Origin: a virus | IMG/VR virus record: IMGVR_UViG_3300050490_000017 | Reading direction: 5' to 3' (one strand) | Length of the DNA: 41,658 nucleotides | Notes under the pieces: model-generated | Database searches by the model: none | Told to the model about the DNA's origin: nothing | What the model saw: only the letters and a program-made list of their open reading frames with translations | Program-made: the position numbers and the translations under genes | Shown: positions 16,201 to 23,927 of the stretch, piece by piece | Layout of the letters: every line of letters begins with the position of its first letter | Numbering within the stretch: position 1 is the first letter of the stretch

Positions 16201-18383
16201 GCGTCTTCCTTCTGTGGCTGTCTGGCCATCCTGGCCTTATGCTCCACTGTCTCCATCCCAAGGCGAGCCTTGTGTTCAGTAGCCTGGGCGTTGATCTCGG
16301 CTGTCCGCTGATGAATGCTGGCGTCAAGCAGGGAGGCGCGCTCCTTCATCGCAAGTTCTCGCTCCTTGAAGGCCAGTTCCTGCTCACGATAGGCAATATC
16401 GGCCTGCATCTTCTCCATCTGGAGATTGTGCTCATCGCGCTTCATCTGCATGTCCATTTCCTTGGACTGCTTCTCTAGCGATGCCTGCATCTGCATCTTG
16501 TCCATCTCGGACTTCTGCTTCTGCTGCTCGGCCTGTTGTGCCTGCTCCTGAGCCTGTTGCGCTGGATCTGGCTGGCCTTCAGCCTTCGATGCATCATCCT
16601 CGAGAGTTGCCAGCGCATCCTCGGCCGACTTGCCGAGCTTGTAGTTGCGGGCGAACGACGAGTAGATGACGACGGCGGCCTTCTTCGAAATGATGTTCGC
16701 CTGAACGGCCGGTGCGGTTGCCTGGATGTATTGCGCTGTGCCCTGCAGGAACATGCTCATGTTCTCCTGCGAGCGGGCGAGATCGGCGCGGATCGTGGAA
16801 TCGCTCTCGACATCGATGCGGTATTGGCGCTGGATATCCGAGCGCAGAAGCTGCAACACCTCTTCGAATGTCGGCTTCTTCAGCATCTCCTCGGCTTCAT
16901 CAGGGATTTGCGCCGGCTGACCGGTCTGCTGAGCCTTGGCCTGCTCCTGCTGGATCTTCGCCTGCACCATCTGCTTTTCCTCGGCAGTGGGAAGCTTGAT
17001 GCCGGTCATCATGAGAAGCGTCTGAGGCTGGAACTTGTTGGCGATCAGCTCGGCCTTGATGCGAAGCAGGTCACGGGCATAACGCGCCGCCTCCTTCTGC
17101 TTCTTCTGGATGCGCTGCGAGCCGAACTGCGCCTTGATGTTCTGGGCGCCAAGCGTTTCGTTCGGGTCTGATGCGCCGCGGAGAATGTCTGATATGCCGG
17201 TGATCTCGTAGATGACCTGCTTGACCTGCTCACGCTGCACATAGAGGCCCTGGATGACCGCCTGCACCATGTCGATCGGCATCAGCCAGATGGCCTTCTC
17301 GAGGCCACCAGCCTGAGAATAGAGCGCTGTCGCGTCCTGCATCGGCACTAGATCGCCGTCTTCGGAATCAGCAATATCGCCAAACTCGCCAATCTGGCCG
17401 TCGCGCACGCCGCGGACCTTCAGCATCTTGATCAGCGCGTTGATGCGAACCGTGATGTTGCTCAGCTCCTCGGCCTGGGCCTTGTACATGCGATAGGGAG
17501 GGATCGGTACAAGCGTGTCGCTCGTCTGGATCGCCATCAGCGGGCGCGGGATCGGGAAGAACTGCGTCAGCCCGAGCGGGTCTTTCTGGACCCTGATCGG
17601 TGCCTCCTTGTAGCCGGTCGCGATGAAGATGACTTCGCGCTTTTCCTTGTCCCAGATTTCCCAGACACGGCCGCGCTTGAATATCTCCGGCGGCGGGCTG
17701 TCCTGGCTCTGCTTCTCTGCGTCCTCAGTCGAGGAATAATCGAGGTTGACCTTGCCACCAAGCTCCGGCGACAGCTCGATCAACTGATCACGGGTCAGGA
17801 ACAGTTCAAATGCAATCCACGGCACATCGTACCAACAGCGAGCAGGCCCACGGCGGAAGTTTGCCCACGGCACATGCTCGGAGGGCACTTCTTCCCATGC
17901 CAGCTTCTCGCCCGTCTCCTTGTCGCCTGAGATGTAGGGCACATAGCGAACGCGAGTGACGGCACGGCCCACAAGCTCCGAGTCCTGAACGGCAGCTTCC
18001 ATGTTCGGGTCGAACTGGTCGACGTCCAGATCATAGGACAGGCAGCGCTCGATGAAGGCGCCGGCTTCCTTGGCAACCGGATCGTCCTTGTCGTAGCGGT
18101 TGCGCACATCCGGGATCGGCGTCGAGTTGTAGACGGCAGGCGTCATGGTCTCGACGTTCGAATACAGGATGTTGAATTCCTGCTGACGCTCGAGCGCACC
18201 GTTACGGCTGCTGTCGCCGTTGCGGAAGGTCTTGACCGTCGTTTCCGCTTCCTTGCGCCAAGACATCTCTTCGCGAGATGCAAGGTCAATAGCCGAGAGC
18301 CAGAGCTTGACGAGGCCAGCATCTCCGCTGCCTGCGTCCTTCTCGGTCTCGAACTCTGCGGTGTTTGCGGTTACGTCAGCCAT
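16197..18383 (-). CDS. Portal protein (728 aa)
   Basis: Size and position two genes downstream of terL, after a 77-aa ORF. The C-terminal tail is long and Q/E/K-rich with coiled-coil character. Confidence 0.75.
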   Translation of the reverse strand: MADVTANTAEFETEKDAGSGDAGLVKLWLSAIDLASREEMSWRKEAETTVKTFRNGDSSRNGALERQQEFNILYSNVETMTPAVYNSTPIPDVRNRYDKDDPVAKEAGAFIERCLSYDLDVDQFDPNMEAAVQDSELVGRAVTRVRYVPYISGDKETGEKLAWEEVPSEHVPWANFRRGPARCWYDVPWIAFELFLTRDQLIELSPELGGKVNLDYSSTEDAEKQSQDSPPPEIFKRGRVWEIWDKEKREVIFIATGYKEAPIRVQKDPLGLTQFFPIPRPLMAIQTSDTLVPIPPYRMYKAQAEELSNITVRINALIKMLKVRGVRDGQIGEFGDIADSEDGDLVPMQDATALYSQAGGLEKAIWLMPIDMVQAVIQGLYVQREQVKQVIYEITGISDILRGASDPNETLGAQNIKAQFGSQRIQKKQKEAARYARDLLRIKAELIANKFQPQTLLMMTGIKLPTAEEKQMVQAKIQQEQAKAQQTGQPAQIPDEAEEMLKKPTFEEVLQLLRSDIQRQYRIDVESDSTIRADLARSQENMSMFLQGTAQYIQATAPAVQANIISKKAAVVIYSSFARNYKLGKSAEDALATLEDDASKAEGQPDPAQQAQEQAQQAEQQKQKSEMDKMQMQASLEKQSKEMDMQMKRDEHNLQMEKMQADIAYREQELAFKERELAMKERASLLDASIHQRTAEINAQATEHKARLGMETVEHKARMARQPQKEDA

Positions 18384-18616
18384 CAGTACAGCGCGACAAT
18401 GCCGGTTGCTGTCGTGTTCGTCGCCATGACCTTATAGGCCGACACAGGCATGAACCCGACAGGTACGTTGGTGAAGGTGACGGCCGATGATTGGGCATCA
18501 GCCAGCACGGCGACATTGCCGGTCACGCCGATATAGAGGGCACGGCAGCCAACGATCGTTGCATCACTAGGCGTCACTGCGGCATAACGAATGGCCGGGG
18601 CTACGGATTCACTCAT
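18383..18616 (-). CDS. Hypothetical small beta-rich protein (77 aa)
   Basis: Tracked ORF, coupled to terL (ATGA) and to the portal gene (1-nt overlap). Confidence 0.6.
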   Translation of the reverse strand: MSESVAPAIRYAAVTPSDATIVGCRALYIGVTGNVAVLADAQSSAVTFTNVPVGFMPVSAYKVMATNTTATGIVALY

Positions 18617-19992
18617 GCACGCCTCCTTTTTTCCTGGCGTTTGAGAAGTTCTGCGAAGGTGAGGTTGGACTTGATCAGGCCGGTCTTTTCATCGGCGTGG
18701 AACGAGATGTCTTTCTTCGGCGGCTCTTTTGGCTTGTCAGCGATGGCTTCCCGCCATGCGAGCCCGAGATAGCGAAACGATGAACCGATGTGTTCGGCCC
18801 AATCCTTCACCGGGTTCTCCCGGAAGGTCTTGAGTTCGTCATCCCATTCGCGCCGGTAGTTCTTCAGGCCCTCGATGCCGAGTTCACACCGTGTCTGGTC
18901 GAAGACGGCCACCTGTATCGTCTTGCGGCCGGCGTTGATGCCATCAGCCACACTGACCTTGGCCACTCGTCTTGGCTTGCGACCGAGTAGCTGCAGAGTT
19001 TCGACCCTGGTGCGCTTCGTGCCCCATTCCGTCACTACAGCGTCATGCGGGACGTAATCGTTGCCCTTGTAGCCCCTGTCATTGAGCCAGCGAATCCAGT
19101 CTTCCAGATCGTCAGACTCAGGCCGGTAGAAATCGACGATGCGCGGCTTGCCCTCCACGACCTGAAAGCACCAGATCGGATTGTTGACCGCCTTTCCCAA
19201 GTCCCATGCCGTATGGACTGGATAGCGCTCGTCAACTGCGACCTCGCAGATCCGGCCGTCGCGTTCAGCCTGTGCAATCTCAGCACCCCAATAGGCGCCG
19301 ACCATCGCTCCAGAGAAGGAGCAGTAATATTCCTGCTCGAACATCGCCAACCCAAGGTCGATGCCGTACAGATCCTGATATTCCGCCAGGCTTTCCGCCA
19401 GTTGCTCTGGCGATAGGGCTCCGGTCTGCGTGATGCTCGACAGTTCAGCGAACCAGTTGTCATTGCCAACGGCGCGATCGAACATCGTCTTGGCGTGGTT
19501 GTTGCCGCGGGGCGTCGTGATGAACGCTGCCGTTCCGTTCGACTCCTCGATCATCGGCTTGTGATATGCCCACGCACCGGGATTGCAGAGTGCCCATTCA
19601 GAATAAGCTATGCCGACAGGACCAGAGCCAACCGTTGCATCGTACCGGTCAGAGCCGAGGAGCTGCCATGTCGAGCCCCACGTCGTCTCGATGAACATGT
19701 CGTTGTCATTGATGCGCTTGCGGATCTCTGGCGGGAATGCCTCATCAATCCGGCGCTTGCCCGTATGGCCGTTGACGCCGTTCCAGATTGCCTTTCGGGC
19801 CTGGGCATATTCGGGGAAACAATGCCAGTAGGTGCCGACGCGCTTTTGAGACAGTTCGCGGAAGCCGTTGAGGACGATCTCATCCTTGCCCCAGCGGCGA
19901 TGGGCGATTTCGATCAGCCGCTTTTTCTTCTGGTTGACGAGCGCTTCATGAAAGGCTCGCTGATACCAGCGGACGCGGAACTGATGGATCAT
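18613..19992 (-). CDS. terL: Terminase large subunit
   Basis: 459 aa. HRRWGKDE is Walker-A-like and GIAYSEWA is Walker-B-like. A C-terminal nuclease-type region is present. ATGA overlap with terS. Confidence 0.9.
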   Translation of the reverse strand: MIHQFRVRWYQRAFHEALVNQKKKRLIEIAHRRWGKDEIVLNGFRELSQKRVGTYWHCFPEYAQARKAIWNGVNGHTGKRRIDEAFPPEIRKRINDNDMFIETTWGSTWQLLGSDRYDATVGSGPVGIAYSEWALCNPGAWAYHKPMIEESNGTAAFITTPRGNNHAKTMFDRAVGNDNWFAELSSITQTGALSPEQLAESLAEYQDLYGIDLGLAMFEQEYYCSFSGAMVGAYWGAEIAQAERDGRICEVAVDERYPVHTAWDLGKAVNNPIWCFQVVEGKPRIVDFYRPESDDLEDWIRWLNDRGYKGNDYVPHDAVVTEWGTKRTRVETLQLLGRKPRRVAKVSVADGINAGRKTIQVAVFDQTRCELGIEGLKNYRREWDDELKTFRENPVKDWAEHIGSSFRYLGLAWREAIADKPKEPPKKDISFHADEKTGLIKSNLTFAELLKRQEKRRRA

Positions 19993-20363
19993 TTTCCTTC
20001 TTCTGGGGTTTGTTCGTAAACCGTCTGGAAGATGACGGACATATCGCCGGAGTGTTCGACTTCCTGCTTTTCGCGCCAGTCGTCAGCAGCCATGTTCTTC
20101 AGCCCGAAGATAACGAGGGTAGCGTTGCCGCCACCATCAGCAGCATTCTTGCGGCCAAGTCGTTCCCACCAAGCCGAACATTTTGCCTTGGCTATCTTTA
20201 CGGCTTCCGAAAATTCGGGGTTCTGCTCCATCCATTCGTTGATGGAAGAGCGAGCAACGCCAATCTCAGCAGCGAACGATGTGAGGCTTGCGCCGTCCGT
20301 CATGTGCTCAATGACTAGGTCACAATAAGCGTCTTGGTATTTGGAAGGCCGGCCGGCTGGCAT
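19989..20363 (-). CDS. terS: Terminase small subunit
   Basis: From ORF 19989..20789. Start moved to ATG 20363 (MPAGRPSKYQDAYCD). It has an HTH segment (LTSFAAEIGVARSSINEWM) and a conserved FGLKN..DDW tail. Confidence 0.85.
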   Translation of the reverse strand: MPAGRPSKYQDAYCDLVIEHMTDGASLTSFAAEIGVARSSINEWMEQNPEFSEAVKIAKAKCSAWWERLGRKNAADGGGNATLVIFGLKNMAADDWREKQEVEHSGDMSVIFQTVYEQTPEEGK

Positions 20364-20515
20364 CAGATCTTCCCCAGGAGGAAGAGCACAAGCACGATGA
20401 TGAGCACGAGGCCGAGCCCACCGGATGGGCCATAGCCCCACGATGCGCTGTAGCCGTGAATGGGAAAGGCGCCGATGAGGAGCAGAACCAGAAGAATGAT
20501 GAGGATGGTGGACAT
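20363..20515 (-). CDS. DUF3309-like small membrane protein (50 aa)
   Basis: Not in the ORF track because it is under 60 aa. Sequence MSTILIILLVLLLIGAFPIHGYSASWGYGPSGGLGLVLIIVLVLFLLGKI. The WGYGPSGGLGLVL core matches DUF3309. Its stop overlaps the terS start (TGATG). Confidence 0.65.
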   Translation of the reverse strand: MSTILIILLVLLLIGAFPIHGYSASWGYGPSGGLGLVLIIVLVLFLLGKI

Positions 20516-20519
20516 TGGC

Positions 20520-20559
20520 TTTACTTTCCGTAGTTACAGGATAGAATGCCGTAGTTACA
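20520..20559 (+). promoter_or_regulatory. Putative sigma70-type promoter with two 11-bp direct repeats (candidate operator) for the BrnA-like gene
   Basis: TTTACT (20520-25), a 16-nt spacer, then TAGAAT (20542-47). CCGTAGTTACA occurs at 20528-38 and 20549-59, a 21-bp period. A GGAG lies 8 nt before ATG 20577. Confidence 0.4.
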
Positions 20560-20576
20560 CAACCGGAGACGAAGAA

Positions 20577-20831
20577 ATGGTGATCCGATTTTCTGGCGAC
20601 ACCGCGGCCCACCAAAGGGATCAGGCAAAGCAGGAGAAGGCTTTTGCCGCTCAGCCACGTGTCGATGTTGACGGGCAAGCGCTTGCAAGGAGTGGCCGCA
20701 AACCAGACCCCAACGCCAAGCAGCTCTTGACGCTTCGCCTTGATCCTCAGGTGATTGAGCATTTCAGATCTACCGGCGAAGGCTGGCAAACCCGTATGAA
20801 CGAAGCGCTTCGAAAGGCTGCTGGCCTATAG
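20577..20831 (+). CDS. BrnA-family (DUF4415-like) antitoxin homologue with no adjacent toxin gene
   Basis: 84 aa. The C-terminus KQLLTLRLDPQVIEHFRSTGEGWQTRMNEALRKAA matches the BrnA antitoxin pattern. It is the 3' part of tracked ORF 20460..20831. Its orientation opposes the surrounding operon. Confidence 0.7.
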   Translation: MVIRFSGDTAAHQRDQAKQEKAFAAQPRVDVDGQALARSGRKPDPNAKQLLTLRLDPQVIEHFRSTGEGWQTRMNEALRKAAGL

Positions 20832-20960
20832 CGCCATCCAGCAATCCGAGCATGGCGGCTGATACGTCGCACACGAAGACAGCCAAAACGCCAGCGCGAA
20901 AGCACCAGCGACTACTGCAATCCAGATTATGCCGCGACGGTAGCGTTGCCAGAAGGTCAT
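20826..20960 (-). CDS. Tiny putative lipoprotein (44 aa)
   Basis: Not in the track. Sequence MTFWQRYRRGIIWIAVVAGAFALAFWLSSCATYQPPCSDCWMAL, with a positively charged n-region, an h-region and lipobox LSS-C. ATGA overlap with the upstream micro-ORF. Confidence 0.4.
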   Translation of the reverse strand: MTFWQRYRRGIIWIAVVAGAFALAFWLSSCATYQPPCSDCWMAL

Positions 20961-21046
20961 GGGTGGCCGCTCATGATGATGGAGATCATCGCCGCGACGT
21001 TAAGCACTTGAGCCGCCCAGAAGGCGATTGCCTCGGCTTTCTTCAT
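20957..21046 (-). CDS. Micro-ORF (29 aa), hydrophobic/amphipathic peptide
   Basis: Sequence MKKAEAIAFWAAQVLNVAAMISIIMSGHP. A GAGG lies 5 nt upstream. It is coupled to the next micro-ORF. Confidence 0.3.
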   Translation of the reverse strand: MKKAEAIAFWAAQVLNVAAMISIIMSGHP

Positions 21047-21153
21047 CTCTCTACCTCAGAATATGCAGGGATCTTCACAAACCAGCTTGGCGCCGATCTT
21101 CAGGCGTATCCTGCCTATGCGGCAGTGCCAGTGGGAGGTGAGGAGGAGGTGCA

Positions 21154-21327
21154 TCAGGCCAGAAGCTCGCGAAACCAATCGATATGCCTCTGCAATTCCT
21201 CTGGGTATTCCACCTTCTCCCCTTCACTCCAGACCTTGATGAGCGACTGTGCCGCCATCTTGAACTCGGTGAGGAGGGCGTGTTCGGTAATCGTGGGGGC
21301 TGCGTCGGAGTCTTCGGTGAGAGGCAT
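21154..21327 (-). CDS. Hypothetical acidic protein (57 aa)
   Basis: From ORF 21154..21339. Start moved to ATG 21327 (MPLTEDSD), which has a GGAG 7 nt upstream. Confidence 0.5.
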   Translation of the reverse strand: MPLTEDSDAAPTITEHALLTEFKMAAQSLIKVWSEGEKVEYPEELQRHIDWFRELLA

Positions 21328-21341
21328 GGTAATCTCCAACG

Positions 21342-21369
21342 AAAAACCCGCCTCAGAGATCTGGGCGGG
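21342..21369 (-). terminator. Intrinsic terminator at the end of the early-left operon
   Basis: The minus-strand RNA reads CCCGCC-CAG-AUCU-CUG-(A)-GGCGGG, giving 9 bp with one bulge, followed by UUUUU. It lies 10 nt after the stop of the 215-aa gene. Confidence 0.7.
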
Positions 21370-21379
21370 CTATTTGGCC

Positions 21380-22027
21380 TCATCTGGAGGCGTAGTTCGA
21401 TGATTGAATATCCCAACCGATAACCTGATTTGCGCTTTGACGCAAGTCCTTCCGTTTGGCAATAGCGTCTAATCCCCTGCGCAACCACAGCAATTGCTGG
21501 GAACCCATGCCGCGCAGATGGTCATAACTCATAACCGCTGTATTATGAACCATCTGCTTTACCTGCGGGCCGTCCTCAAGCCTGAGCAACAAGCCGGTGA
21601 TCTCCATCATCGAGTTTGAGGCACGTCTGGCGCGATCGGTGACGCTTTGCGTCTCATCCCCGTCGTGGCCCTTGATCGAAAACAGCGATTGTGCCCGAGC
21701 CGATGGGAACGGGATGCCAACCATGCGATAGTAGCGGGCCATGATCTCCGCGTACTCATCGCCGGCCTTCAGTTGCTCTTCGGTGATCGATCCGTCGAGG
21801 CGCATTCTTCCAAGAACGTAGCCCGCCAGCTGGCCACGCACCGTGTCATCAGCCACCTTCTCGCTCCAGCCGTCAATACGACGCCTTGCCTCGATTGCCA
21901 CGCTCATGACTTCCTTCTGTGTCTCGCTTCTCTTGAGATCTCCACTCGGGTAGCGCTCGCCTTCCTTGCGTGGACGCCCTGCACCCTTGTTTGCCTTGGA
22001 TCTCGTCTTTGATGCCTTGCCGCCCAT
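21380..22027 (-). CDS. Hypothetical protein (215 aa), basic N-terminus; candidate regulator by position only
   Basis: Tracked ORF with a GAGGAG RBS. It is the last gene before the terminator. No recognisable motif. Confidence 0.6.
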   Translation of the reverse strand: MGGKASKTRSKANKGAGRPRKEGERYPSGDLKRSETQKEVMSVAIEARRRIDGWSEKVADDTVRGQLAGYVLGRMRLDGSITEEQLKAGDEYAEIMARYYRMVGIPFPSARAQSLFSIKGHDGDETQSVTDRARRASNSMMEITGLLLRLEDGPQVKQMVHNTAVMSYDHLRGMGSQQLLWLRRGLDAIAKRKDLRQSANQVIGWDIQSSNYASR

Positions 22028-22042
22028 CAGTCTGTCTCCTCG

Positions 22043-22498
22043 TTAATCTGCCGAATTAATGTCAATGAGAGGCTTTCCACGCTCGATGCCGATACCGTTC
22101 TGAAGGAGCTGTGTTTTTCTGCACCACATGCACATTGGCTCTCGGCCAGCTTCGTCTGCGCCATGCTTGAGAGAGTGCTTGATGTATTTCGAGCGCCTGA
22201 CCTCGTATGAGCCGCACACACAGCGGACGACCCAGCGCTTCTTGTCCTGCGACGAAAAGGCAGCTATCCCCATGACCCTTAGGCGCCCGATGCTTGTGCC
22301 CTTCAGGTCCACATAGTTCGGATCGTTGTATTCTTTCTTCGTGGCCTGCCGCAGTTGGATAGGGATGTCGGTGTGAACGTCTATGTCGCGCGGCTTCCAG
22401 TCGAAGTGTTCGCCCTTCCCGGAAACAAGTGCTGCGGTTTTATTCGCTGGCGACAGAGGCGCTACAGCATCCATGTCAATTCGAGAAAAGCCTTTCAT
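22043..22498 (-). CDS. Zn-ribbon-containing protein (151 aa)
   Basis: From ORF 22043..22549. Start moved to ATG 22498 (MKGFSRIDMD), which has a GAGG upstream. Cysteine pairs CVCG and CMWC suggest a four-Cys zinc ribbon. Confidence 0.5.
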   Translation of the reverse strand: MKGFSRIDMDAVAPLSPANKTAALVSGKGEHFDWKPRDIDVHTDIPIQLRQATKKEYNDPNYVDLKGTSIGRLRVMGIAAFSSQDKKRWVVRCVCGSYEVRRSKYIKHSLKHGADEAGREPMCMWCRKTQLLQNGIGIERGKPLIDINSAD

Positions 22499-22511
22499 AG
22501 TCGATACCTCG

Positions 22512-22730
22512 CTATTGAATGATGCCGCCGCGTAAAGCCTTTGCGACAAGATGCACGCTGTTGACCGCGTGAAGTTTCATCTTGGCATTGGAGATATGGT
22601 TGTTGACCGTGATGTACGAGATGCCGAGGATCGTCGATATGACATCAGCGGTCTTGCCCTCTGCCAGCCACTTGAGGACTTCCAGTTCTCGTTGGGTGAC
22701 GACCGTACGCTCCTTGAGATCGAGGCTCAT
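22512..22730 (-). CDS. LuxR/GerE-type HTH protein, DNA-binding domain only (72 aa)
   Basis: TQRELEVLKWLAEGKTADVISTILGISYITVNNHISNAKMKLHAVNSVHLVAKAL is a textbook GerE helix-turn-helix. Start moved to ATG 22730 (ATGA overlap). Confidence 0.75.
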   Translation of the reverse strand: MSLDLKERTVVTQRELEVLKWLAEGKTADVISTILGISYITVNNHISNAKMKLHAVNSVHLVAKALRGGIIQ

Positions 22731-22966
22731 CAGTCGATCCACCCTTCTCTTATCGCCTTAGCCACAAGGCCGGTTTTGTTGACTACGTCGGCCCGTTCCA
22801 TTGCCTCCTTCAGCCGTCGCTCGACTGATCTGGAGTTATAGCCGGTGATGACGCCGGTCTCGGAAGAGGTCTTTCCATACGAAGCCCAGAGTACGCATTC
22901 CCATTGCTTCTTTGTGAACGGATGTGGGTGCTGCTGCTCCGTGAACGCTGATACATGTACGGTCAT
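22730..22966 (-). CDS. Second, divergent LuxR/GerE-like HTH-only protein (78 aa)
   Basis: TKKQWECVLWASYGKTSSETGVITGYNSRSVERRLKEAMERADVVNKTGLVAKAIREG follows the same GerE layout but is more degenerate. Confidence 0.6.
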   Translation of the reverse strand: MTVHVSAFTEQQHPHPFTKKQWECVLWASYGKTSSETGVITGYNSRSVERRLKEAMERADVVNKTGLVAKAIREGWID

Positions 22967-22967
22967 G

Positions 22968-23411
22968 CTACTCCGGGGCCTCCTGGTTGCTGGATTGTGC
23001 TGCTTGCGAGATGATCGGATTGTTCGGAAACATTGCTGCGAGCTTCTTGCGGGCGCTCAGGCTACCATTCGTGGCTTCCTTGAGCAGCTTCAGCTTCTCG
23101 GCTGATACCTTCGGCTGCGGCTTCTCTTCCGGGGGCTCGATGCGTGGCCGGCGCTCTGCGGCGATCGTCATCTGTTGAAACCGACATTCCTCGGCAAACT
23201 CTGCGCAGCTCGGGGCGAAGGCGTTGTTATGGCCTGCCACCTCTCCACGCATGAACCGGCCGGCGGCGCGCGCCAGTGCTTCCGGCTCAATGCCGCCTGA
23301 CGCCATGAGATAGGCTCGTATCTGCATATCCGGGTCCATTGTCGATGAGGCTGGGAAGCCCGAAAGCATCGCCGCGATAATCGTTGCTGGTGAGGTATTC
23401 ACGCGCTGCAT
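22968..23411 (-). CDS. Hypothetical protein (147 aa from ATG 23411)
   Basis: From ORF 22968..23417 (TTG start) or ATG 23411. It overlaps the upstream gene by about 125 nt in another frame. Confidence 0.55.
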   Translation of the reverse strand: MQRVNTSPATIIAAMLSGFPASSTMDPDMQIRAYLMASGGIEPEALARAAGRFMRGEVAGHNNAFAPSCAEFAEECRFQQMTIAAERRPRIEPPEEKPQPKVSAEKLKLLKEATNGSLSARKKLAAMFPNNPIISQAAQSSNQEAPE

Positions 23412-23673
23412 CGGCAATTGTCCTACGTGATGAGTTGCGTTGAACGGGCTGGGGCTCGTCAGACCAGCGCTCTTGATTTAGCCAGGTCGTCGGGTGCGGG
23501 ATGAACTGCTGTTCCTTGCTGGTGTAGTAGGCTATTTGCCTCTCAAGGCCGGCCATGATGCCGTCGAAGCTTTCGAGCTTCAGGGCCTTCTCGAATGACT
23601 TGCGGGCAGCGCCCTTGCCGATGCGGCGCGGGTAGGCGCGCCAGAATGTTTCGAACTGATCTTCCTTGCTCAC
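23287..23673 (-). CDS. Conserved phage protein (128 aa), function unknown
   Basis: Carries FETFWRAYPRRIGKGAARKSFEKALK ... IPHPTTWLNQERWSDE. I recognise this motif pair from prophage early regions but cannot name a family. Confidence 0.55.
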   Translation of the reverse strand: MSKEDQFETFWRAYPRRIGKGAARKSFEKALKLESFDGIMAGLERQIAYYTSKEQQFIPHPTTWLNQERWSDEPQPVQRNSSRRTIADAAREYLTSNDYRGDAFGLPSLIDNGPGYADTSLSHGVRRH

Positions 23674-23927
23674 TTGACCACCTTCAGCTTGCGTTTTGAT
23701 GGGGGTTTGCGCGGCCCGTAGCCGGCGCCGAATGCTTGATCGTCCATGTGATGCCCAACGGGATCATTGCCGAGCTGCTCGCGCACCTTCTCGACGCCAA
23801 CCTCCACGTCCATCTGATAGACGCGGTCGCCTGGGCAGTGATCGTTGACGCAGAAGAATTCGATTGGCTCGTCGCTGTAGATAGTCCAGCAGCCTTGTTC
23901 ATCGATGTTCATGACGACGCGGTTCAT
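23670..23927 (-). CDS. Hypothetical protein (85 aa)
   Basis: From ORF 23670..23960. Start moved to ATG 23927 (MNRVVMNIDEQG, ATGA overlap). Confidence 0.55.
   Translation of the reverse strand: MNRVVMNIDEQGCWTIYSDEPIEFFCVNDHCPGDRVYQMDVEVGVEKVREQLGNDPVGHHMDDQAFGAGYGPRKPPSKRKLKVVK

Noticed and set aside
20364-20789. N-terminal 142-codon extension of the terS ORF (tracked as 19989..20789)
   Set aside because: The extension runs through the DUF3309-like gene and the BrnA-like promoter and gene in other frames and looks non-proteinaceous (HHPHHSSGSAPHRR). The conserved terS N-terminus begins at MPAGRPSKY.
20852-21403. 183-aa plus-strand ORF
   Set aside because: It spans the minus-strand micro-ORFs, the 57-aa gene and an intrinsic terminator. 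No RBS or motif supports it.
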